Virus record (IMG/VR): IMGVR_UViG_3300049143_000034 | Coordinates: 1-60,816 of that record | Direction: 5' to 3' (one strand) | DNA: 60,816 nucleotides | From: a virus | Lineage: Duplodnaviria > Caudoviricetes | Part shown: one piece after another, positions 35,439-43,964 of the stretch | How positions within the stretch are numbered: position 1 is the first letter of the stretch | Layout: the number at the start of each line of letters is the position of its first letter | The notes under the pieces: model-generated | Seen by the model: only the letters and a program-made list of their open reading frames with translations | Database searches by the model: none | What the model was told of the DNA's origin: nothing | Position numbers and translations under genes: made by a program

Positions 35439-35514
35439 GGGAATGTGGGGGCCTGAATCGGCCGATAGACACACGTGTGGTTGGCAGTGAGGTTACACGT
35501 TACCTCGCGCAAAC

Positions 35515-35874
35515 TCACGCCACCCTCTTCTGGCGTGTCCGCGCAAGGTAATCCAGCACGTCCCGGAACCGATACCGTGGCCTGCCATCATCATCGAGAC
35601 GCTCGATATGCCCCCGATAACCCCACATCCGCACAGTACGGGGAGCCACCGACAACAACTGCCCGATCTGCTCTGCGGTCAGCGCCTCGTCGAGGTCGAC
35701 CACGTCCGACTCCATCGGCCTGACCCAACCCTGGCCGAGGTCTACGGCCTTCTCGTCGAGGCGATGGCAATGCTCGGGAGCGATCGCCAGCAGGGCCGCA
35801 CGGTAGGACTGGGCGATGCGCCGGGCGCGCTCGAGCGGGGTATCAGCCGGGAACGGCCACGGGTCCTTGCTCAT
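35515..35874 (-). CDS. MerR-like HTH DNA-binding protein
   Basis: LTAEQIGQLLSVAPRTVRMWGYRGHI...RYRFRDV. Confidence 0.85.
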   Translation of the reverse strand: MSKDPWPFPADTPLERARRIAQSYRAALLAIAPEHCHRLDEKAVDLGQGWVRPMESDVVDLDEALTAEQIGQLLSVAPRTVRMWGYRGHIERLDDDGRPRYRFRDVLDYLARTRQKRVA

Positions 35875-36590
35875 ACCTTCACGGCCTTCCGCTCGAAGTC
35901 CAGGACGTTGCTCAACAGGGCGAAATGCGCGCTGTCCCAGGCAACCCGGCATCCCTTGCAGGTGATCAGCTCCTGGTCCTTGGACACAGCCAGGGCCTTG
36001 CGGGCGCAGTGCGGGCACGGGTCGGGCAGGAATGTGGTCATCTCGACGAGGCCGAGCAGTGCCTGCGCGCGTCTGTGCAGGTTCGCCAACCGCAGGATCC
36101 CATCCACGCCATCCATGACGGTCGCGGCGAAGCTATCGCCACCGTCGGGATGCGGCACCCAGACCGTGAACTGGCTGGGCGGCATGTCGGCGATGGTGCC
36201 GAGATTGGCGAAGATCTTCGACAGGCAGGCGTTGGTCGAATATGGGTCTTCACCGGACAGGCGCCTGGACCAGCGGGCGGCTTCTTCGTCGAATTCCGTT
36301 ATCAGGGCGTCGACACCGAGGGCGATGGGCACGGGCAGCTCGGTGCTTCCAGACACCTTCGGCTGCGAACTGGTGGACGGTTCCTCAGTGCGTGCGCCCC
36401 ACAGCAGGCCGTAGTCGTCCTTGAGTTGCCGGATAGCTGCGAACGCGTGCTCCTCGCATGGGAGACACAGGGAGTCGGGGCGTTCAACGCCGAGGCCGCG
36501 GTATTTGCCGTTGGCGTTCTTGACCCGCGCTTTGCAGCGGCGATGCTGGCGGCATTCATGTTCCGGACTGTCCGACGCCCGAGTGGTCAT
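35871..36590 (-). CDS. Zn-ribbon protein, possible late-gene regulator
   Basis: C..C and CPHC...CKGC motifs; TAGAAT 6 nt before the ATG (leaderless); just upstream of the late region. Confidence 0.75.
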   Translation of the reverse strand: MTTRASDSPEHECRQHRRCKARVKNANGKYRGLGVERPDSLCLPCEEHAFAAIRQLKDDYGLLWGARTEEPSTSSQPKVSGSTELPVPIALGVDALITEFDEEAARWSRRLSGEDPYSTNACLSKIFANLGTIADMPPSQFTVWVPHPDGGDSFAATVMDGVDGILRLANLHRRAQALLGLVEMTTFLPDPCPHCARKALAVSKDQELITCKGCRVAWDSAHFALLSNVLDFERKAVKV

Positions 36591-36673
36591 ACCCGAATTC
36601 TATCGATCTTCGTCGCGAAACTCGAGTCACAGAACCAGCAGGTCAGCAGTGATGTAGCTCGCCCAGAACGCAA

Positions 36674-36703
36674 CTAAGCCCACCTCGGGAAAGGTGGGCT
36701 TAG
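36674..36703 (-). terminator. Terminator hairpin
   Basis: 12-bp stem CTAAGCCCACCT/AGGTGGGCTTAG. Confidence 0.7.
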
Positions 36704-36835
36704 GATCTGCGCCGGTTGCCGCCGTCGCGGGGTGAGCACTGCCGAAGCGTGGTGGCTCCAACAGAGGCTCGAGTGTCTTTCTCAGGGACGGGTTCCAGGA
36801 TAGCGGGATGCGCCGACAATCTCGAGACACAGCTA

Positions 36836-36858
36836 AGCCCCGCCTTGCGGGCGGGGCT
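36836..36858 (-). terminator. Terminator hairpin closing the early operon
   Basis: AGCCCCGCC/GGCGGGGCT. Confidence 0.6.
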
Positions 36859-36924
36859 CAGGAGCGGACAACTCCCGCGCCGGCAGAGTGCGAAATTGAA
36901 TCGTCCGGGGGAGACGATAGCGGG

Positions 36925-37191
36925 TTACACCGACGAACTCGAGCCAGCGTGCGGGAACTCGCCGGTCTTCACCCACCTCCGTATGGACAGCTCGCAGCCG
37001 TCGACAAGCGCCAGCCCGTTTGCGCGGCCGGAATGTGATGTCCGACCGCCACATCCACAGCTGCACCGCCTCCGGTTACGGTAGCGGCCCGGCAATTGGG
37101 TCGAGTATCGCTGCTGGTCGACGGAACTGACCACGCCCCAACCCGTCTGTCCGGCCGCCAGGGCGCGAACGCGGTGCTTATCGTCGCTCAC
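36925..37191 (-). CDS. Hypothetical protein (CSCGC motif)
   Basis: Coupled ORF; RRCSCGCGGR.SH.G.ANG.AL..GCE. Confidence 0.75.
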   Translation of the reverse strand: MSDDKHRVRALAAGQTGWGVVSSVDQQRYSTQLPGRYRNRRRCSCGCGGRTSHSGRANGLALVDGCELSIRRWVKTGEFPHAGSSSSV

Positions 37192-37442
37192 GGCCGCTCC
37201 CCTTCGTCGCCGATCTCCGGCACCTCACCCAGGCGCTCTAACTCCATCAGTTCGATCCCGTCCTGGTATGCCTTGACGACACCGACGCGCATGGAGCCGT
37301 CCGCGTCGACCCAGCCGACATGATCGCCGCGTGCCAAGATCCACGGCGCACTGTCCGGAATGGAGACCAGATCGCCTTCGGTGGTGGGTATCTCGCGGCC
37401 CGCGATCGGCACCAGGTATTCGCCGTCGAGTTCGATGCTCAT
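37188..37442 (-). CDS. Hypothetical protein
   Basis: Stop/start overlaps. Confidence 0.75.
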   Translation of the reverse strand: MSIELDGEYLVPIAGREIPTTEGDLVSIPDSAPWILARGDHVGWVDADGSMRVGVVKAYQDGIELMELERLGEVPEIGDEGERP

Positions 37443-37627
37443 CGCGCCTCCCCTTCGTCGCCGATGATCGCCCGCAACCCACCCCGCTGCACGAAGTCGT
37501 ACACGTCATCCCCGATGATGCGGCGTGCCTTGACCTCCTGCTCCACGAGATGGAACCGGGACTGCATCTCCATGTGCTCGCGCAATCCCTGGATCTCGGA
37601 GAGGGTCCATCCGCGTCCGCTGCTCAT
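37439..37627 (-). CDS. Hypothetical protein
   Basis: ATGA overlaps. Confidence 0.7.
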   Translation of the reverse strand: MSSGRGWTLSEIQGLREHMEMQSRFHLVEQEVKARRIIGDDVYDFVQRGGLRAIIGDEGEAR

Positions 37628-37923
37628 GGGGTTGTTCCTCCCGACTCGGCCCAATACGTGATCACGCCCCGGTCAGTCGAAGGATGGGCATGCCTCTCGA
37701 ATCGACGCCCATCGAACTCCAGAATGTCGACCGGCGTCGAGCAGTCGATGTGTACCGGCTCGCCCGCATACTCGCCATCAGGGATACGCGCCACCTCGAC
37801 GGTGACAGTGGTCCGCGTGCCGTCACGGGTGATCGCCGTCGCCTCGACCAACTCCCGGGTCAGCCTGGTGAATTCGGCGTCGATGATCTCCTGCAACTTC
37901 TGGTTCTTGGTGGCTATGGTCAT
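37624..37923 (-). CDS. Hypothetical protein
   Basis: ATGA overlaps; MTIATKNQ. Confidence 0.7.
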   Translation of the reverse strand: MTIATKNQKLQEIIDAEFTRLTRELVEATAITRDGTRTTVTVEVARIPDGEYAGEPVHIDCSTPVDILEFDGRRFERHAHPSTDRGVITYWAESGGTTP

Positions 37924-38351
37924 GGCTTCTCCGTCTCGGTGGTGTCCTCGGGGTCGTAGATGGAGGCCAGGATCTCCGCCAGGTCCGTGCACACGGCCCG
38001 CAGATCCGGTTCCGGACCAGAGCCGTTGAGCGCGTCGTCCAATAGAGCCGCCGCGTCCCGCAGCTTCTCCGACTGGCGTAGGACACGGCGAGGGTCGACG
38101 TTGACGATGTGCAACGCATCCTCGATAGCCATCGACCGAGCGACCGTGATGCTGTCGAAGACGCCCGTCCCGCCGTGACCATTGTCGCGCCTGACCCCAC
38201 CTGCGACGATCTCCGCTGCGTCGCAGACCGGTCCGCTCGTCCACCATTCGCTCGGATCCCCCGCGGCATTCCTGCTCGCCGCTGCCCGTGCGAGTTGTTC
38301 GTCTCTATCCAGTCCGGCGGACAGGGCAGCCAACGCAGAGGAGAGGGTCAC
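37920..38351 (-). CDS. DUF6221-like protein (second copy)
   Basis: LD.DEQLARAA...DA.HIV..DPRRVLRQ...LA.IY. Confidence 0.75.
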   Translation of the reverse strand: MTLSSALAALSAGLDRDEQLARAAASRNAAGDPSEWWTSGPVCDAAEIVAGGVRRDNGHGGTGVFDSITVARSMAIEDALHIVNVDPRRVLRQSEKLRDAAALLDDALNGSGPEPDLRAVCTDLAEILASIYDPEDTTETEKP

Positions 38352-38746
38352 GGCATATCCCTCACGCCGATGATCCGCATCTCTGGGTTCATCATCTTCG
38401 CCTCGGCGATCGGGTCGATCGAGGTGTGATCCTGCCGCGGCAGCGGTGCCACTTCCCGGCGGGTGCCGTACTCGGCTTCCAGGCCACCGAGCCAGAACAG
38501 CACCTTCTCCTCGGAGTTCAACCCCTTCGGCACATCCACGGCGGCGAGGTCGGGGAACTGCTCACGCAATGCGGGTTCACACTCGTCGGACAGACGGGGG
38601 AGCTGGTGCGTCATCGGCTTCTCGCCGGTCATCCAGCCGAGCAGGTCTGAGACGCCGTCAATGTGGCGCGGTGAGACGAGCTTGCCGGAAGTGATGCTCA
38701 GGATGTCCCCGATGTGGAAGCTTCGGGTCTGGGTAGTCTTTGTCAT
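38348..38746 (-). CDS. Conserved phage hypothetical protein
   Basis: FHIGDILSITSG.LVS..H.DG...LL.WMTG...THQLPR; own promoter and RBS. Confidence 0.8.
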   Translation of the reverse strand: MTKTTQTRSFHIGDILSITSGKLVSPRHIDGVSDLLGWMTGEKPMTHQLPRLSDECEPALREQFPDLAAVDVPKGLNSEEKVLFWLGGLEAEYGTRREVAPLPRQDHTSIDPIAEAKMMNPEMRIIGVRDMP

Positions 38747-38768
38747 GGTCGAATCCTCTCGCGATTCG

Positions 38769-38814
38769 GTCAGTGGCCGGGGTGTGTCTAAGCCCCCGGC
38801 CACACCCAATTTTA
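38769..38814 (-). promoter_or_regulatory. -10 box plus leader hairpin
   Basis: TAAAAT followed by GTGGCCGGGG-gcttagacaca-CCCCGGCCAC-TGAC. Confidence 0.55.
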
Positions 38815-38855
38815 GCAGTTCACAGGGTATTTCACGGCCCCGCAAAGCGGGTTCA

Positions 38856-39230
38856 TCAGGCAGCCCCATCTCGTCGTCCGGTGAGCAGCGCCACGAAATC
38901 CCGCAGCGTCATCAACACATACTGGTCGCCAGGCAGTGTGGTGCCGCGCCGTTTGGCGACCACCACCCCGGCGATGGCGTCGTCATTGCCGCGCTCAAGG
39001 TCGGCTTCGCCGAGCCACTGGCCGGGCAGCAGCCTGCCCCCGTACTCCTTGCACTCGACGACGATCCGGCCACCCCCAACCGTGCGCAGGCCGGAGATGT
39101 CGCCGCGGTCCTTGGCGCCGTTGCGGGTGCGCCGTTCCACGCGGTCATCGACGTGCTCGGCGAGGTAGCGGGCGGTTGCTGTTTCCAGCCACGTGCCCGC
39201 AGTCTTGGCGGACTTGCGGGAGCGGGTCAC
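38856..39230 (-). CDS. Holliday junction resolvase (Hjc-like PD-(D/E)XK)
   Basis: AK.AG..LE...YL...DRGDI.G...VVECK...VVAKRRG. Confidence 0.85.
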   Translation of the reverse strand: MTRSRKSAKTAGTWLETATARYLAEHVDDRVERRTRNGAKDRGDISGLRTVGGGRIVVECKEYGGRLLPGQWLGEADLERGNDDAIAGVVVAKRRGTTLPGDQYVLMTLRDFVALLTGRRDGAA

Positions 39231-39496
39231 TCCGACACCGCCTTCCTGATTTTCAGCCGACCCACCCCAGTTATGGTCCACACCCGCGCGGGGGCGTTCG
39301 GCGGCTCGGCCTGGATCGAGACCAGCGCGGGATGGCGGAACTCCTGCCCCTGCATGACTTGCAGCGCCCGGTACACCGAACGCTTGTCGAGGTTCAGGGT
39401 GGCGATGATCTGGCTGGCGGAGCGTGGCTTGCCGTCGGTGAGCAGGCGCAGGATCGCCTGCTCGACGGGACCAGCGCCGCGACTGTCGCGGGTCAT
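39227..39496 (-). CDS. Winged-helix DNA-binding protein
   Basis: ILRLL.DG.PRSASQI...L.LDKRSVYRAL. Confidence 0.75.
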   Translation of the reverse strand: MTRDSRGAGPVEQAILRLLTDGKPRSASQIIATLNLDKRSVYRALQVMQGQEFRHPALVSIQAEPPNAPARVWTITGVGRLKIRKAVSE

Positions 39497-39777
39497 TCCC
39501 CCGGCTCCTTCCATCCCGTCGCCAACCGCCAGCGGCGTTGCATACCGCGGCCGATGTAGCGCGAATCCACAGCGGTGGGCAGGAGTCCGGCCTCGGCGAG
39601 GGCATCAGCGAAATGGGCGGCATGGGCCCGGTACTCGTCGCGCATCCTCTCGTCGAGGCGGCCCCACATTTCACGGGGTGTGCCGTTACTCAACTCCGGA
39701 TGGGATCTCAGGTCGATCACCCTTTGCGCGCGGGCCAGGGTCTCCACGTACAGGGAGCGGATCTCGTCGGGAGTCAT
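39493..39777 (-). CDS. Hypothetical protein
   Basis: ATGA overlaps. Confidence 0.7.
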   Translation of the reverse strand: MTPDEIRSLYVETLARAQRVIDLRSHPELSNGTPREMWGRLDERMRDEYRAHAAHFADALAEAGLLPTAVDSRYIGRGMQRRWRLATGWKEPGE

Positions 39778-39986
39778 GCGTCCTCCAGGTAGACAACGCG
39801 GCCCGTGCACCTGGTGACGAACCACGGCAGCCAGTGGCGAGGGTTGCGGAGGTTGAGCCGACCCCGCCACCAGTCCGAGCGACCACGATCTGGAACAAGC
39901 AGATCGCCGCGCGAGTCTTCACCGAGACTGTGACGACCGACCCAGGATTCGCTTCTGTCGTTGTCGTAGTAGTCGTAGTCGATCAT
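39774..39986 (-). CDS. Hypothetical protein
   Basis: Coupled Trp/Tyr-rich ORF. Confidence 0.65.
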   Translation of the reverse strand: MIDYDYYDNDRSESWVGRHSLGEDSRGDLLVPDRGRSDWWRGRLNLRNPRHWLPWFVTRCTGRVVYLEDA

Positions 39987-40399
39987 CACGGCTGCACCTC
40001 CCGCAGTGCGCACACCACGAACTCGCCGCCGTCGGGATCATGCCCGGCGATGATCCCCTCGGCGGTGTTCGCCTGCTCCAGGGTGGCGAAGGCGGGCACG
40101 GTCGCCGAGAGCTCGCCTGCCACTTCTACGACCGCGTACCCGAGTGGGGAACGCTGCGCAGCCTCCAACTCGGCGGTCAAACGGTCGACTTTGCGCTGGA
40201 TCCGCGCCCGTTCCTTCGCCATTCGGGTGAGCTGGGATTCGTGCGCGGTCTGCATCTCCCCGATCGCTGTCCGGGCTGCCTGCATCACCTCCAGGGCCTC
40301 CAGCACGTACCCCGGGTCGATGTTCAGGTTCTTGCCTGCGGCGGCCGCCTCACGTGCGGAGGTCAGCAGGAACGACAGCTCCTCGTTCAGCTCAGGCAT
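39986..40399 (-). CDS. Hypothetical coiled-coil protein
   Basis: MPELNEE...; coupled. Confidence 0.7.
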   Translation of the reverse strand: MPELNEELSFLLTSAREAAAAGKNLNIDPGYVLEALEVMQAARTAIGEMQTAHESQLTRMAKERARIQRKVDRLTAELEAAQRSPLGYAVVEVAGELSATVPAFATLEQANTAEGIIAGHDPDGGEFVVCALREVQP

Positions 40400-40733
40400 C
40401 GCGGTCTCCGTTCTCGTCCAGCGGCTTCCATGGCCCCGTCCATACCTCACGCTGACGGGCAGCGTCCGGGGTTGTCTCGTACACGTGCACCGCGCGCCCT
40501 TGAGCAGCCTCGGCGCTGACGACGTCGCCGTGCACCATCCCGCCCCACTCCACGCCGTACTCGGTGGTGACCTCCGAGTGGGCGACGACAAGATGGTCAG
40601 CGAGAACGGTTTCGGCTAAATGCGCGGACCAGATCGCGAGGCTGGGCGCATCGACGCCGCACAGGCATGTGCCCGAGACATACTCGGGGAAGTGATCGGC
40701 GATCAGTTTCGCCAATGCGTCGCGGTCGGTCAC
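40392..40733 (-). CDS. Hypothetical protein (C.CG...H motif)
   Basis: GTGA overlap. Confidence 0.7.
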   Translation of the reverse strand: MTDRDALAKLIADHFPEYVSGTCLCGVDAPSLAIWSAHLAETVLADHLVVAHSEVTTEYGVEWGGMVHGDVVSAEAAQGRAVHVYETTPDAARQREVWTGPWKPLDENGDRDA

Positions 40734-40903
40734 TTGGTGTCTCCATTCTCGGTGGGCAGCGGCGCCTGACCGGCTCCGTCGCATCGGTATTCACGCCCGT
40801 AGCCCCACATCCCGGACCCGAGTGGACCACCGTGATGCCGGAGATTGCCGTCCTTCTTCAGCAGGATTTCCCGTCGGCACACAGGGCAGGTGCCGCGTGT
40901 CAT
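40730..40903 (-). CDS. Small Zn-finger protein
   Basis: CPVC.R...LRHH...C.G.G. Confidence 0.7.
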   Translation of the reverse strand: MTRGTCPVCRREILLKKDGNLRHHGGPLGSGMWGYGREYRCDGAGQAPLPTENGDTK

Positions 40904-40904
40904 G

Positions 40905-41258
40905 TCACTCACCTGTGGGCCTTTCGGTGGGCAGGTACAGGACGACCACGGAGCCGTAGTTGTGCAGCAGCGTCCGGGCAGTGAGTCCCGAACTGCCGTT
41001 GCCCCAGAGGCTGACCGGTTCGGCCATGTTCTGCCAGACGGTGCGGGATCGGGTGGCGAACACGACAGAGTCGATGGGCAGGGCATCGAGGGCTTCGGGG
41101 GTTTCGATTACCTGGGCGGGTGGGCGCCAGCCCGCGGCGATTGCTATGTCCGCCACCTGGTCCGCGCTGTAGCGGATCTCGGCGGCGGTCTCGCCCACCG
41201 ATCCCGGTCCAGCCAACTGCTCCCAAGCGAATTCGGCCAGAGTGTCGCGGTCAGTCAT
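40905..41258 (-). CDS. Hypothetical protein
   Basis: AAGWRPPA.VIET.E.LDALP..SVV. Confidence 0.75.
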   Translation of the reverse strand: MTDRDTLAEFAWEQLAGPGSVGETAAEIRYSADQVADIAIAAGWRPPAQVIETPEALDALPIDSVVFATRSRTVWQNMAEPVSLWGNGSSGLTARTLLHNYGSVVVLYLPTERPTGE

Positions 41259-41518
41259 TCGGTGGGCCTTTCGGTGATGTCGGTGAGGGCGTAGATGCGC
41301 CATCCGGGACGCCAGTGGTTGGCCTGATCCAGTGCCAGCCGAGCGGACCTCTCGGTGGCGTAGGCGACGCCGTCCCATTCGGCGAACTCGGGGCAGGCGC
41401 CGTGGTGGGTGATACGGCCGACGAGGAAGCCGTCATTGCGACCCCCCAGCGGCCCCGTAGGCGGACGAACGGGAGCCTTGCGACTGTCGGGACGCAACCC
41501 GGCGTGGATCTGCGTCAT
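41255..41518 (-). CDS. Hypothetical protein
   Basis: ATGA overlaps. Confidence 0.65.
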   Translation of the reverse strand: MTQIHAGLRPDSRKAPVRPPTGPLGGRNDGFLVGRITHHGACPEFAEWDGVAYATERSARLALDQANHWRPGWRIYALTDITERPTE

Positions 41519-41790
41519 GGGGCCACGCCCTCGATGAGCCGGTACCCGGTGGACGTCGGGTGCATCCGGTCCACCTGGATACGCACCTTCCGAGAACGGG
41601 CCGGCGGCTTGCCATCCCAGTCGGTCAAGACCTGGCACACCGCTCGACGAGCGCTCGGCAGGGCGTGGTCCGGTTCCTCGAAGCCCTCGACCCGGATCGT
41701 CCGCTCGCCGTTGCCGCGCCAGTCGTTGTCCGCCCACACGCTTCCGACACGGATCTCCGTGCCGTGCTTGTTCGTGACGGATTCGGTCAT
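41515..41790 (-). CDS. SH3-like hypothetical protein
   Basis: IRVGSVWADNDWR...RTIRV...PTSTGYRL. Confidence 0.75.
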   Translation of the reverse strand: MTESVTNKHGTEIRVGSVWADNDWRGNGERTIRVEGFEEPDHALPSARRAVCQVLTDWDGKPPARSRKVRIQVDRMHPTSTGYRLIEGVAP

Positions 41791-42110
41791 CGGTTGTTCG
41801 CCTCCTCGGCGTTGATTGCTGCCCGGCCAGCGGATTTCCCACTGGCGGTGAGTGTCTTGCCATCGGTGGGGATACCTTCCCGTGCCAGGAGAAGCAGCTC
41901 CATCGCGTCGTTCAGCGCCCCGGTCACCTGCTGCCTCCACCGGTCGGTGGCGTCGTGATGCGCGGCATGAACCTCCGCGTCCGCGACGTACGCGCCGCAG
42001 GACGGGCACACCGCCGCACCGGACGGCACCGTGCTGCCGTCCAGGCGGGCCGTGGAGGCGGGATCGGGGTCTCGCGGTACCCGGACGATCCGGAAGGGCT
42101 GGGCGGTCAT
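41787..42110 (-). CDS. Hypothetical protein (C2H2-like)
   Basis: CPSCGAYV.D...H..HH. Confidence 0.7.
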   Translation of the reverse strand: MTAQPFRIVRVPRDPDPASTARLDGSTVPSGAAVCPSCGAYVADAEVHAAHHDATDRWRQQVTGALNDAMELLLLAREGIPTDGKTLTASGKSAGRAAINAEEANNR

Positions 42111-42424
42111 CGGGTTCCGCCCTGTCGGTCGGACCGGCCCATCGCTCGCTGCTGTTCGGCATCGAATTCGTCGCGTCGCTGGCACGCTTCGGGGTCGTTC
42201 TCGTATCCGAAGAACACCTGCGTGCCGTCTGGGTTGCGGCGCCAGATGGGTATGCGGCCTGCGTGCCAGTCCTCGTACGCCTTGCGCTTGGCGGCGGCCC
42301 AGTACTCGGGGGCCTCGATCGCGACGGGTTTGCGGTAGCGGTTCAGGATCTCCCTCACCTCGGCCGCGGTGCAGAACAGGTTCGCGTGGGCCTCGTCGAG
42401 GCGCTGTTGCTCATCGGGGGTCAT
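42107..42424 (-). CDS. Hypothetical protein
   Basis: ATGA overlaps. Confidence 0.7.
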   Translation of the reverse strand: MTPDEQQRLDEAHANLFCTAAEVREILNRYRKPVAIEAPEYWAAAKRKAYEDWHAGRIPIWRRNPDGTQVFFGYENDPEACQRRDEFDAEQQRAMGRSDRQGGTR

Positions 42425-43734
42425 GACGCACTCCGGGCGTTTTCGTAGTAGGCCGGGTCCGCGGGCATCCACGGCAAGATTGGGGAGTACTGGAGTTGGC
42501 TCGGCCACGACCGTTCCTCGCGGGATCCGCGCCAGGACACGACGTCCACCAGCTCGGCGCGGCCCTTGGCCGTGTCGTTGTCCGAGCGGCGCAGTCCGAA
42601 CCCGAACTCCGGCCAGCGAAGCCACATGCTCGAACCGATCGGCGCCATGTTGCGGCGGCCGTCACCGGTGGTCGACTTGCCCGCGTGCGCCTCGGTGAGC
42701 AGTGCGAAGCCGTGGCGTTCCCGCAGTCCGTCGATGACCCAGGCGATCTCGCGGGCAGGTTTCTCGTCGTTCGGGTTCTCGTGGTGCAGCTTGTACAGCG
42801 GCCCCAGCACCAGCAGGTCCGGGGCGAACGCGCTGATCGTGCGCTCCAACCAGGCAGTGTCCGCGCCACCGAGCAAGTCGATGCCGGCCGGACGAACCTC
42901 CAGCGACATGTAGTCGTTCCAGTCCATCGGCGAGACGCCCATGTTCCGGCGCCGCTGGTCGATCGTGGAGAGCATCTTGCGGAACTGGCGGGCGGACTGC
43001 TGCGGGGAGTTCTCGCAGTCCACGTACAACACGCGGGTGTGGTGGTTGCCGGACCCCAGCAGCGCCGCGGTGAACGGGTGCATCCCCGCGGCGAGCGTGC
43101 AAGCGATCTGCCGACAGGCCACGGACTTGCCGCCGCCCTCCGCGCCAGTGATCACCACACGGTCCATGCGCTCCAGCAGGCCGGGAACGAGCCAGTCGTG
43201 CTCCTGGGAGATCGACTCCAGGTAGTCGGCGATTCCTTGCGGCGGTTGGTAGTCCAGCTCGCCTGCGGTCCGCTCGGCCTGGTCCAGCGCGCGCCGCATC
43301 TCGCGGATGTGCGCGTCCAAGTCGAGGCGATCGACCCCGCTCTCCCATGAGGAGTTCGTACGTTGCAGAAGGCGGCCGGCAGCGGTGTTCAGTTGCCGCG
43401 TGGCAGCCAACCCCTTGATGCGCTCGGCGTGGACCACCGCCGCCTCGGGCAGCGCAGCGTGCGCGTGGCAGCTGAGCACGAACATCGGGTCCACCTTGAC
43501 GGGGACGAGTCCACGGTTGGCCGCCTCGACGAGCACAGTCTCCGGGTCGATCGGCTTGCCAGCGGTCATCATCCCGGCGACCACTGCCGCGAGATTGCGG
43601 GACGTGTGGTGGAACCAATCGTCGGGACCGATCGCCAGGAACGTGTCCCGAATGCGGTCCGGCGAGGACATAGCCGTGCCGAGCAATGCCCGCTCGGCGG
43701 TCAGGTCGTAGGCGATTGGCGCGCCGTCGCTCAT
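42421..43734 (-). CDS. Replicative helicase (DnaB N-terminal domain plus RepA/AAA_25-type ATPase)
   Basis: AERALLG; WLVPGLL; GAEGGGKS Walker A; VLYVDCEN; GSSMW. Confidence 0.9.
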   Translation of the reverse strand: MSDGAPIAYDLTAERALLGTAMSSPDRIRDTFLAIGPDDWFHHTSRNLAAVVAGMMTAGKPIDPETVLVEAANRGLVPVKVDPMFVLSCHAHAALPEAAVVHAERIKGLAATRQLNTAAGRLLQRTNSSWESGVDRLDLDAHIREMRRALDQAERTAGELDYQPPQGIADYLESISQEHDWLVPGLLERMDRVVITGAEGGGKSVACRQIACTLAAGMHPFTAALLGSGNHHTRVLYVDCENSPQQSARQFRKMLSTIDQRRRNMGVSPMDWNDYMSLEVRPAGIDLLGGADTAWLERTISAFAPDLLVLGPLYKLHHENPNDEKPAREIAWVIDGLRERHGFALLTEAHAGKSTTGDGRRNMAPIGSSMWLRWPEFGFGLRRSDNDTAKGRAELVDVVSWRGSREERSWPSQLQYSPILPWMPADPAYYENARSAS

Positions 43735-43964
43735 TCCTGCCAATTCGCACCCCGAGCCCGGCGGATGTTCTGGGTGACGTGGCCGGGCATGATCCAGCGG
43801 GTCTGGTCGGCGTAGTGCTCGTGCACCGCATTGACGGCCTCGTCGAACGTCCAGTTGCGACGCCGCGCCGCCTCGGTCCACACCATGATCGAGCTTTCGT
43901 CGATGTCGCGGCCGTCGTAGCGGGTGACCACCTGTAGCAGGGTCACGATCTCGTCGTGGGTCAT
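43731..43964 (-). CDS. Putative helicase loader/inhibitor (G39P-like)
   Basis: MT.DE...LL......D.R...W...AV.EHY....WIMP; lies between initiator and helicase. Confidence 0.7.
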   Translation of the reverse strand: MTHDEIVTLLQVVTRYDGRDIDESSIMVWTEAARRRNWTFDEAVNAVHEHYADQTRWIMPGHVTQNIRRARGANWQE

